From the NCBI GenBank assembly GCA_030704615.1, contig CM060731.1, positions 25,916,001 through 25,980,000 of the forward strand: 64,000 bases of DNA, given 5' to 3'. Source of the DNA: Takakia lepidozioides (taxonomy: Eukaryota; Plantae; Bryophyta). Shown piece by piece: positions 49,086 to 60,559 of the stretch; the stretch's first letter is position 1; the number at the start of each line of letters is the position of its first letter. The position numbers were made by a program, and so were the translations under genes. The notes beneath the pieces are model-generated. The model searched no databases. It was not told where the DNA came from and was given only the letters and a program-made list of their open reading frames with translations.

Positions 49086-52068
49086 TGTTGCTAATGTTAA
49101 ATTAGTAATGCAAGCATTAGTGTACCATTGATTATTCAGCCCTCAAGTTTAATGTCTTCACTATATTCTCGGTAGCAGTAGATATGCCAGTTGGTTAGCA
49201 GTTAATCCACCACCATAGTAGGTAGGATAGACTTCATTAGTTGGTAGTTAATTACTTCTGCAATTACTTTCTACAGCTCATGAGTCCATGATATAAGGGC
49301 TTGAGGTTCACTTTGCAACCATTCTAGCCTTCGATCCTCATGCAATTGGTACACTGCTCATTCTACATGGTTTAGAGCTCGGGGGGCAATAGAATCATAG
49401 TTTCTTTCAGGGTTTGAGGTCACTAGGAAGCACCTCTGGTGTGAAGCACTGCTCCACCATCGTTGGATGTCTTGTTGATTCGATTTTGTGATCCTATGAG
49501 CTCTACTCCACAACTGTTTGTTTTATTGCAAAATTCTTGTTCCAAAATTCTTTCCACTCTAGAAACTTCTCAAGGGCCTGTAGTTCTCATGCACCTCTCA
49601 ATTCGTGTCTAGGAACGTCATCTTTCTTCCACTCACTACTTTGTAAAAACTGATTTCTCTCGAGATCCCTCTTCCTCTCTCTTACCATCGTCCGGCTGGC
49701 CGACGTGAGCCAACCTTTCATCTATAGAACTGTTTGTTTTTTTTTTTGTTTTTTTTTTCTTTAGTTCTTTATTGATTTAATTATTTTCTTTCTAACCTCC
49801 TTCAGCAGCCGTCATGGGAAATGGATCAGACTTGATCATCCCTCAACAAGACAAGCTGACAGGGAAAAACAACTACTCGGTATGGAAGTTCAAGGTCACA
49901 AACTATCTGTTGAGGGAGGATATTCTTGAGCTTGTCCAGAAGAAGGTGGTCCTAGAAGCAAGTCATGACAAGGAAGAGCTTAGAAAGAAGAAGCTCAGGG
50001 CTCTTACCATTATAAATCTCTCTCTCAGTGACAAAGTCATCCATTATATTGCTCATTTCACAGAGCCAAAGGCTGTGTGGGATGCTTTGGCCAAAATGTA
50101 CGTTGACACGTCATCATCGAGGCAAATGGTTGTGAACAAGTTCCATGGACTGAAAATGGAAGAAGGATCCTCCAGTGCCACATGGAGGAATTCCTTGAGA
50201 CCATTACTAATCTTGTGGCTCAACTTGCTGCCTTTGGTGAAGAAATTGAGGAGTATATCATTGTTGAGCACATTTTGAATGCCTTACCTGACACGTATAC
50301 TGCCTACGGTGACGCAATCATGGCGCAGAAAGAGCTTCCTAGTGTTGCAGAACTAACTTCGAAACTATTGCACGAGGAAACTAGATGGGAGTTGAAGGGA
50401 CGAAATGCTACTCAAGATGAAGCCTTGTGGGTCAAGTTTAAACGCTTCAGTAAGGCCTATCAGCGCCAAGGACAAGGTGGAGGTCGACCTTCATCACAAA
50501 GATCTTCTATTATCACCACCTGCAACTGTTGCGGCAAGGAGGGCCATTGGGCGAAGAATTGTCCAGTTCCGTACGAAGAGATTTTGAAGAACCGTAATCA
50601 GCATGCCAACATGGTTGAAGACGCACCTGACGAATCTGACAAGACGACTGCATTGGGGCAGCTGAAATGTTGGAAGTAGCCATGGCCGCTCTCGATATGC
50701 AAGGAGATCTCACTGTCGGGGAAGAGAAAGCTTCCTAGATTATTGACTCCGGTGCTAGTAAGCACGTGACCGGCAACTCAGAAATTCTTCATGATCTGGA
50801 GGGTTGTAGCAGCACTTCTAGTGTGCGATCCGCTGGTGGCACCTACCACAATATGGAGGGAAAAGGCCATACCAATGTATTACAAAATGGATCAATAAAG
50901 CGCATTACTGACGTTTTGTACGTCCCTGGCATGACAAGGAATTTATTATCTGTTGGTGCTTTGGCTGATAAAGGACATCTTGGAATCTTTGATGCCAGGA
51001 AATGCTTGTTTATAGAGAAAGAAAGACCTCACAGAGTAGTTCTTCACGGAGAACAGATTAATCTACTGGATTGTACAACCTAAAGTCATCATTAAACTTC
51101 ATTTGAGGTCAATAGCTGCATGGAATCTGACGAGATTATTCGACTGTGGCATAGGAGGCTTGGTCATCTTAATTATCGCAGTCTCCATTATCTGAGCAAC
51201 AGTGGCAAAGTCTTGGGGATGCCGAAGCTCCCACTCATTTCTGAGACGTGCAAGGTCTGTATGCTTGGTAAGCAGCATCGAGAAAGGTTTCCCTGCTCCA
51301 ATGAACATAGAGCCACAGCCATTTTGGAATTGGTTCATATGGATCTGTGTGGACCTTTACCCGTGGCATCACTATCCGGGTCCAAGTACTTCATGGCAGT
51401 GACGGACGATTACAGTAGATTTACGTAGGTATATTTTCTCAAGCGATTTCAAGGGAGAAGCATTCAACTGTTTCAAGGAGTTTAAGGCGATGATTGAAAA
51501 GGCAATAGAAAAATCAATTAAATGCCTTAGAACAGACAGGGGTGGCGAATTTCTTTCCGAAGAGTTCACTAATTTCTGCAAACGGGAAGGGATTCAACAA
51601 CAACTGACGCAATCATATACCCCACAGCAAAATGGAATTTCAGAGCGGAAAACCGAACCCTTATGGAACAAGCTCGGAGCTTACTGCACGAAAATTTGCT
51701 TCCCAAATATCTCTGGACGGAAGCAATTAACGCAGCGGCATATCTACTAAATCGCTCTCCCACACGTGCCAACTCAGGCACTATACCCTACCAAAAATTC
51801 TCAGGTATCAAACCTGATCTATCAAACTTGCGTGTCTTTGGTAGCAAATCCTTTGTGCATGTTGACAAATGTCATAGGGATAAGCTCGATCCCAAATCCA
51901 TAGAGTGCATCCTTGTAGGTTATGATACTGTCACAAAGGGCTATCGCCTTTATAATCTCTCAACGCTCAAAGTATTCGTTAATCGGGATGTTCAATTTGT
52001 GAAAGATAATCCTCTTCAAGCAACTGCTCTTCCCCCATCAGATGGATCTAGTTTGACCCTTGGTAGTC
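49086..52068 (+). mobile_element. Truncated Ty1/Copia retrotransposon: 5' LTR (~49086-49367), degenerate tRNA-Met PBS, gag-PR-IN pseudogene (49814-~52068)
   Basis: ...CA|TGGTTTAGAGC (cf. TGGTATCAGAGC); gag KLTGKNNYSVWK and zinc knuckle CNCCGKEGHWAKNC; protease IIDSGASKH; LWHRRLGH..C..C; integrase HMDLCGP, RTDRGGEF, TPQQNG, LWTEA; frameshifts and stops; RT/RH absent. Confidence 0.93.
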
Positions 52069-53900
52069 TCAGGATGTAGTGTTTGCATGGACAGCTGAAT
52101 GTCAACAAACTTTTGAGGAACTTACATTGTCAGTAACAACTACACCTGTGCTGATTAACCCTCACTGGCATGTAATATTTCATGTACATTGTGATGCCTC
52201 AGGAGAAGCATTGGGAGTTGTGTTAGCCCAAAATGTCACAGGGAACATAGATTCACCTGTGTACTATGCTAGCAGGTTGTTGAACAGTGCTGAAAGTAAC
52301 TATAGCACCACTGAAAGAGAAGCGTTGGCAATGATTTATGCAGTCAAGAAATTCAAGCATTACCTATTGGGAAGGAAGTTTATGTTTTATGTGGATCATT
52401 AGGCTTTGATTTATCTAGTGAACAAGCCTTTGATAAGTGGCGTGATAGCAAGATGGTTAATAATCTTGCACGAGTTTGAATTCGAAGTTGTTTACAAGCC
52501 TGACTGTTTGCATCTTGTGGCAGATCACTTGTCACACCTATCAACAGGAGAGCCCGCCACGGGAGTAGACGACCAACTACTTGATGCGAGTCTATTTGCA
52601 ATGGAGGTGCAAGGAAGTGCAAATGATTGGTTAGATTGGCGGTGGCCAATCAGATACTACCTTATTCATGGTCAGTGCCCACCCAGTTATGGGAAGGAAC
52701 AGAGGAAGAGAATAGCTATCAAGGCTTTACCTTACACTATGATAGGTGGCAGATTGTATAAGCTAGGACTTGATGGAGTTCTTAAACGATGCTTGTACCA
52801 CCATGAAGTAAATAAAGTTTTGGAAGAAGTTCATAAAGGAGTGGCTGGAGGTCATTTTGGAGAGGAGACTACCAGTAGAAAAATACTATTTGCAGGATAC
52901 CGGTGGCCTACTTTGTTCAAAGATGTGCACAAGTATTGCAAGAGTTGTGATGAGTGCCAGAAGCTAGGACCTTTGCAAAGATCTGGGAAGATGGCTTTGC
53001 ATCCGACAATGCCTAGGACTGAACCATTTCAGAAATGGGGACTAGACTTTGTTGGACCAATAAACCCACCAGCCAGAATACACAGAACAAGTATATAATC
53101 ACAGCCACTGATTATACTACAAAGTGGGTGGAAGCTAAGGCTCTGAGGGACAACACAGCTAAGTCTACAGCAAAGTTCCTGTATGAGAACATACTTACAA
53201 GATTTGGCTATCCCCTGGAATTTATCAGTGACCAAGGAAGTCACTTCATTAATGAGACCATAGAACTATTGACTAAAGAGTTCATGATTGTGCACATTTA
53301 GAGTACAACCTATTACCCACAGGGCAATGGGCAGGCAGAGGCCACCAACAAAATACTATGTACTATCTTGGCTAAGATAGTCAATGCAAACATAACGGAT
53401 TGGGATACAAAGCTGTTGACAACTTTGTGGTCATACATGACTTCATATCAAGTCACCACCAAGTATACACCATTCCAATTAGTTTATGGTATGGAAGCTT
53501 TACTTCCAGTAGAATTCTTATTACCTACCATGAGAACTAAATGGGGAAGGAGAATGGAATTGGAGGATTCAATTAAAGTCAGGAAACATGAATTATATCA
53601 TGTGGAAGAAGTACGTGTTGATGCAGCAGATAACATGACCAGAATTCAAATGAAGAAGAAGGATCAATTTGATGAAGGTAAATTGAAAACTTTTAAGACG
53701 GGTGATTTGGTTCTGTGGTTGCAGAAGAAGGGGAAGATTAAAGCTTCTAAGCTTAAGTCACCATGGAAAGGACCTTATGTCATACAGAAGATGTATGATA
53801 ACAACATAGCCATGCTACAAACCATTAACAAAGAGATGCTTGGAAGAGTCAATGCCAATAAGTTGAAGGGATACAGTGGTATCCATGATAAACCATTGCG
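52069..53900 (+). mobile_element. Ty3/Gypsy (non-chromovirus-like) RNase H-integrase pseudogene fragment
   Basis: FAWTAECQQTF, HCDASGEALG, YYASR..NYSTTEREALA, integrase H..GGH, C..C, FQKWGLDFVGP, ISDQGSHF, YYPQGNGQAE, TPFQLVYG, WKGPY; in-frame stops; no chromodomain. Confidence 0.92.
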
Positions 53901-54018
53901 GCATGATTTGCATTTTAAAACACAGAAGCAGTCACAGATTACACTGGTGATACCAATGGAGCATGAAGCACTTGTCGTAAAGCCAAATGTGTATGGCCTG
54001 AGCGTAGAACACGGGCGT

Positions 54019-54140
54019 CACACAGCCTATCTCAGCCCACCACAGCGTCACACAGTTGCCTATCACAGCCCACCACAGTGTGACACAACCTATTACAGCT
54101 CACCACAGTTTGACACAGCCTGTTACAGCCCAACACAACC
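54019..54140. repeat. Short tandem repeat (~27-33 bp, 4-5 copies) after the Gypsy integrase
   Basis: Repeated CACAGCCTAT..CAGCCCACCACAG. Confidence 0.75.
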
Positions 54141-54564
54141 TACATAGGTTGCACAGTCCATAGGGTCAGTGACAAGTGGACGCGGGTTAACGTCAGAAAA
54201 GTGGCCAGAGTGTGTAACGGCAGTTCGGAAGTCAAACTCGGAGAACATGTCACGCGGACATAGGGAGACGAGGAAGTGTTTGAGTTCAAACACGTGGCAT
54301 AAGGGGCAAAGCACTCCGCTTTGCATGTACTGCGATAGCGGGTGTCATCATGCTAAAAGACAAACTGGGCCGTCGAAGTACCTACCCGGTACAGCAGCCA
54401 GCCCATTAATGCATCCAGGGAGCAGGTAACGGAACCCTTTACGAGTACAGCAAAGGGGGACCTTTGCCACATGTGCTGTCCTAGTGGGCTTTTCAAGTGG
54501 GAATGTGAGCAGATGGGGGTAAAATTGAGAAGTTACCCGAGGAGGCAACACCCAATCAGAAAAC

Positions 54565-57500
54565 GTGGATTTCATGCAGGTGGTTCCCTCCAAGAAACAA
54601 GAGCAAGAAATTAAAAAAGTTATGAGCGGAAGAGTCGGGGTTGCTCCGAATAACCAGCGTCTCGACGGGAGGGGCAATCAAAGCTATAGCTTTGTAGCTA
54701 TGGCGGATATTACAGACTATACGCTAGCTTTACTTCTTACGCAGTGGCGCAAGGACGGACAGGTTGAAAGGACATTCTCTCTCACTCACTATCTGCAAGC
54801 CCCACAGGCTTACACTCACTTACCCGTTCCTTTCTGTGCCAACCATACTTTCATGTTCTACGCCCTGCAAGCTTTCCTACAGCTATTCCAAGCAAGGCCT
54901 TCTTGTTTGTCTGGGATGAAGAGAATTAGGGGAATGGAGGATATCAGGGTGAAGAGCACCACGATTCTGCAGAAGCAAACAATTGCTACACCACAGGCAG
55001 TGCAGCTGCTGAAGGAGTTGTGATTTGGAAGGGATGCTACGCAAGGAATGGTCTTTGCATCATCAGAAGTTCATGATTCAATTCATTCAGAACTTTGAGC
55101 CTCAGACATGAGTTACACAGGTGAGGGGAGTAGATATAGAGATTACTCCCAAGTACTTGCAGCAACTGTTTGAATTGTCATCTGGCCATGTGATTGTGGA
55201 TGAACACAGGGCAAGATTGCAAATAGGGAATTTGTTCCAAGAAGCAAGTTTCTTTAAGACTCAAGGATACACCTGCACCAAGGCCGAGTACCTAGGGTTA
55301 AGGGAAGTTGGCCAAATACTGAACGTTGTGTTTGCCATGAAGTAGAACCAATAGTACCTTAGCAGATCATTCACGGAGGAGGTACTGAAAGCCTTGAGGG
55401 GAGAGGATGTCACTTGGGCGGAGTTGATGTACAATGGTCTGGTGGGAGAGATGAAGCGGTTACAAAGCACTGCTGCTAAGTCCCCGATCATTGTGTCTGG
55501 CCCAATAATTGCACAAATTATCCTTGATTCTTGTTTACTTGATGCGCGAGAACGCAAGGAGATGGGAGTATTTGAGACAGCCACAACTGCAATTGAGGAG
55601 CAGGGCTCGTCACAAGGTAAAGGGGATTGGAGGGGCAGCACCAGTCCAAGAGGCAAAAGCGGGATACGACTGTAGTGACAGATCCACTAGCTTCAAGGAA
55701 ACCGCAAGATGATGTTTCCATAGCTCTTGTGCAGGATGGGGAACAGCAGCACAGAGGGCTGTTATTGCTGGAAGCATGGCCTTTGGAGAAGGAGGAAGAA
55801 TTCACCTCAGTACCACAGCCACCACAGCCAGTTGACTCAGTTGTCCCAAGGGAAACTCAGATAGTACATGCTGTTACACCAGAGCCTATTATTGTGGAAG
55901 GAGAAGGGTTGGACATCCCCACTACAGAGCAGGTAGTGGCAGAAATTGAGAAGGATGACCTTCTCTATGAAAACTCTGGCTTGGTCAGGGAACCAGTAGT
56001 ACCAAAGATGCAGAGTTTGACCAAGGAAATCTTTGCAATGCATGTCATGCCCAAACCTGTGGAGGAGGTTCCAGGGGTAGAATGTAAGGGCACTACAGCA
56101 CATGTGGAGAATGAGGTCGTTCAGGAAGAAGATCTTGTGGGATCATGGCCTGAATGGTTGGTGAAATATCACACTATGGAGAATCAGGGGGACCACCAAC
56201 AAGTTCCCCATGAAGACCCACAGCAGACCATGCTTATGAGTTCCATAAGCATGACACTCAATTTGTTGGGCACTTATGTGAAATCCCATGTTCCATCCAC
56301 ACAATTGGCAGCCTTGAGGGAGGAGCTCAAGCAAGAATTGCCACAAAGTGTGCAAATAAGGTGGATGTGGAGGCCAACCTCAAGTTGCAGAGAGAGTTGG
56401 AGGACACGAAGGCTGCCCTGCAGAAGGGGAATCTGATTGAAGCGGGTTTGGAGCAGGAGAAGTTGCATGAAGTATATAAGCAACAGCTATACCAGTTGCA
56501 GGTGAAGCATGAGGGAAAATTGCAAGAAGTGAAGGTGCTTCATACAGAGTTGGAGGCAGTTAATCAGAAAATGACCATCCAATGTGCCACATTAACAAGT
56601 TCTACTCTGGAGCAAACTGCATTAGAAGTTAACAGACAAGCAGAGAGGTGTATGATGGTGGAGGTTGAGACAGTGGAGCAAGGGAAACTCATTGCTGACT
56701 TGAAGGCTACTATCCATCGCAATGAGGATACCTTCCAACAGTACAGTCAGGTTAAGGCTGAGAAGGACAGGTACATCCTTGAGTTGCAGCAAACACTCAC
56801 GGCACGAAAGAATGAGCTTTCTGTGGCTAACAAGGCTTGGAAGGAAGCCAATAATCTATTTGCTGCCTATGCAGCTCTGGTTGAACCTCATGCGAAGCGC
56901 TTGGAGGGTTTGCAGCAGCAGTTGCAAACATATAGACTCAAGGAAGAGCAGGGTCTCAGGGGTGCTACACAAGACTTGGTGGATAATCATCTTATGCAAG
57001 TGTGGTTAACACAAGGGCCGGTAGAAGGGAAGGCACCAAGAAAACTCACCCAGGGGGAGATGAATGATCTCAGGTTGCAGGTGCAGAACTATAGGTATAA
57101 GGCAGGTGACATATCATTCGGACAAAAATGCTGGTCGGAACAAGCATGTCGGCTCGACAGGAGAGATGAATGAAGTAATGGATGAAGTGGGGATGTGCAA
57201 CAATCATCCAACATAATTCATTAAAGTGATGTCACGGATGAATGGATGGGGGTAGTGTAAATTTCATTCGTTGAGTTTTAAGGGAAATGACAAAGTGGAG
57301 GGATGTAGGCACTAAATGGATGAATTCTCATACTTCATCCACGGAGTTATAGCTGCTTGCTGGATGAATTAAAGGTAGGCTAAAAGTGATTTTGTCTTTT
57401 TGTTGGCTAGATGAGAGGGGAATAACACCCGTAGGCTGGCCAAATCGGTTTTTAGTAAGGGATCACATGGCACCATGGGATGCATTAAGGGCTGCCAGCT

Positions 57501-58991
57501 GACTTCCCGAAAGAGGGGAGGTGGCTGGGTAGGATTTAGGCTGGGATGGTGAGAGAGATAGATGCCTTTGACATTGGAGTTTTTGGGAGCGTGAGGTGTC
57601 TTGGAGAAATGGATGCAACGTGATATGGAGCAAAGTGGAGTGGGCATTTGTGATCAGACTCAGTTGGTACTTGGAACTAGTATGGAATGATGAGTGTGTT
57701 AGAAAGAATATAGATTTAACAATGCATGCAAGATAGAGCTTTTGCTTGTTTGAATGCTGGAATGATAGCATAGTATAGAACCAGAGGTAGACATGGAAAT
57801 GACAACCAAGATCTTGAGAGAATTTAGTCAGCATACATATTAGTTGAGAGGTACTATGCAATATCCAAGTACATAACCAGAAAACTAGAGTAAGTCAGTT
57901 GAGCCATATTGATACTGAGGGATCAGATCTGTGTAGTGCCACTGGCCATATGGGTGGATAGTAGTTCTTCCAAACTAAGTCATGTGGGATGGCACACAGA
58001 AAACAGGAGTTCTAGAGTAGAGATATCCCAAGGAGAAAGATGTTGTCTTCTCTTCCGCTGCGGTAGCATTCTATCCAAGGGGTGTCAAAGGGTAATACAA
58101 GGTAGAGTGGACCTTTAGGTAGGCCCTTCTTTTGCCCCACAGAACATTGCCACAACCACTATAGACAATGTCTATAGTAGAATAGTTGAGTTACAGGATG
58201 ATGTGGAAGGGCTGCAGACTCAAGTGGATGACTTAAGCTCCAACATTGACAAAAGAGCCTTTGTTCCTGAGGAACAGCTGGTGGCTGCTTATTTGCATGC
58301 TAGGACTCTAATTTTCCAATCTTCATCACATGAAATGCAGGACTTACCAACAACAGAAGGGACAGTGGCGTCAATATCACAGCAACCACAACAGGTATAC
58401 ACTGTTGATACCATGGCCCTACAACAATCTGAGGTTTGGGGGGATGCTGCTTTTAACCCACCTAGGACTCCTGCTGCACTTGACTACAATCGGGCTATGA
58501 TTATGCCCTTCAACCAAATTCCCATTGTGCTGGATTTGGCTTGGAAAGAATTCAGTCCTCCAGAGTCTTTGGCACACTATTACTAGATCATGCGCATTTG
58601 GTTGCCAGTGGCAACTCGGACTAAGGTTCTTCCGAACAACCAACCCATTGATGATCATCATTTTGCAAGGTACTAGTCTGAGGCAGGCACCATGCTGAAG
58701 GAATTAATTGCCTTCTAGGTTGTTCATGGGTACATCTACACCAAGACCAAGGAGGTATCTAGTTTGGTCATGGGCTGTGGATTATATTATGCTGCTTGTT
58801 TCATTGCACGTTATCACATTGAGCAGCAGAAGATGCAGTCAAGATTTCTGAGTTATTCCACTGGGGATCATTGGGTCTTACCTTCAGTTCCACCCCATAT
58901 GTATCTGTATGATGTGAAAGTCATGTTGCAGAAGGATCCCCAACTTCGTTCATGGTTTAATTTGGCTTGGAACAACTTGGCCATTTTCTAA
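54565..58991 (+). pseudogene. Degenerate accessory ORF(s) downstream of Gypsy pol (acidic/Pro-rich and coiled-coil)
   Basis: Chain of same-strand ORFs (54565, 55121, 55394, 55627, 56361, 58203, 58764) joined by frameshifts/stops; VRGVDIEITPKYLQQLF motif; heptad-rich 56361-57173. Confidence 0.6.
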
Positions 58992-59392
58992 CTACTATAG
59001 TATATATATATATATATATTATTTTGGGAATATCATCAAATAATTTATTTATGTATCATTTTAGGGTTGGTAATTACGATTTTAAAGAAAAAATATTTTC
59101 TATAGTATTATTTGGATTTGTTTTAGAGATTTCAAAACTTTTGGAATTTCAATAAATAACACATGAAAAGTTTTTTAGTGTCTATCTTTTAAAATTTTGC
59201 TATGGAAAATGTCTTTGAGTCTTGTCAATTCGACCATCTATATCTGAAAGTACTAGAGCCCCGTGGCCAGGGAAGTGGGCTCTAGATTTACCGGAACTCT
59301 AATTCCATTCACGTATAACTCTACAATGCTATGCATAAAATAATGATCGCCATGGTTAACTTATGAAAGGGTAAACTTGTATAAAATGGAAA

Positions 59393-59914
59393 ATGTATGT
59401 TATGTTGGGCCTTGACGATATTTTTTATAATGGACATGAAGCCTGGAAATACTTACACTGTTCCAAGGTCATTGACACACCTCTCACCTATACGGACAAT
59501 GAACTCAGGGAGTACACTAATTTTGCTCGCAAGCGATTGATGCAAGTAGTACAGTTTAAGCTTCCAGACATGGTGGGCCAACACTGTATGCCACGCAGGA
59601 TTCCTGAGAAGCCACTTAAGGTTTGGGCACCGAAAGGCCACAGGGGGAGAGATGATTATGATACAACTTGTTCAATGGAAGAAACTTTTGACATGACCGA
59701 GGACTATGTACTACAGATGGCAGAGAAGAAACGACGGGGATCTCCTATGCCTAAGAGGTTACCTCGTTATCAACCCAAGGAGGGACAGACATTTCCATTT
59801 GGTTTGGGCTCGGGCACAGGGTTCGGGCTTGCATACATAGCCCTCCAAGGGACTCTCACCGACAGGAGGGTGCTCGCTCACAAAGGTTTGCTGATCCTAA
59901 ATAGTAAACCGTGA
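59393..59914 (+). CDS. Hypothetical 173-aa ORF, probably a TE-associated fragment
   Basis: Open frame with protein-like composition; no recognised motif. Confidence 0.3.
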   Translation: MYVMLGLDDIFYNGHEAWKYLHCSKVIDTPLTYTDNELREYTNFARKRLMQVVQFKLPDMVGQHCMPRRIPEKPLKVWAPKGHRGRDDYDTTCSMEETFDMTEDYVLQMAEKKRRGSPMPKRLPRYQPKEGQTFPFGLGSGTGFGLAYIALQGTLTDRRVLAHKGLLILNSKP

Positions 59915-60412
59915 GGACACAACTTTTTGAGAGGGGGGAGCTTTTGCCATGTCAGACCACCAATCCACAAGCACAAACAACTCCTCCTCCGAAGTTGGCA
60001 GGCGACCTTCAGCTACAGGTGTTCTCGTAACAAACTTGTCCATGGTTTGCCTCAGATTCCATGTGGCATCATGGGCCCGGTTCTCCATCCATTTCGTGAA
60101 CTGGAACTTCGCCCTGTCCTCCTCCCATTCATCCCCGACCAAAGCCTCCCTCATTCTCATCTCCATATTGTGCTGGAATCTAAGGAACCCCTCATTCCCA
60201 TGTCGGACATACAAAAGATTCAAATGCATTATGTCATTGTCCTTCAAATAATCCAGCACTACTTGCTTCACCACCTTCGCGGCCTCTGCGCTTGGATAGT
60301 TTTTTTTGTTGACCTGACTATTCCGTTCATATGCATGTTTACGCTTCCTGCCTTTACGCCCACTTCCCGAGGAACCCCCTGACACTGCGTTCGAAGTAAC
60401 GTTTCCGGACAT
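59897..60412 (-). CDS. Hypothetical ~171-aa basic/helical protein with NLS-like RKGRKRK, possibly a DNA-transposon accessory protein
   Basis: ATG at 60412 (MSGNVTS...), TATATAA on the minus strand about 70 nt upstream, protein-like composition; no family recognised. Confidence 0.4.
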   Translation of the reverse strand: MSGNVTSNAVSGGSSGSGRKGRKRKHAYERNSQVNKKNYPSAEAAKVVKQVVLDYLKDNDIMHLNLLYVRHGNEGFLRFQHNMEMRMREALVGDEWEEDRAKFQFTKWMENRAHDATWNLRQTMDKFVTRTPVAEGRLPTSEEELFVLVDWWSDMAKAPPSQKVVSSRFTI

Positions 60413-60559
60413 GATAAAAGTACTCTGCGGAATAGACGTGGCTTCGTAACGCGAAACTAAACCCAGACTATTGATAACCTTATATACTAGCAGATCAATT
60501 TTCTCACCCTCTATTGGTATAGTATCCAAAGCAAACGGGAGTTTACCAAATTACCAAGA

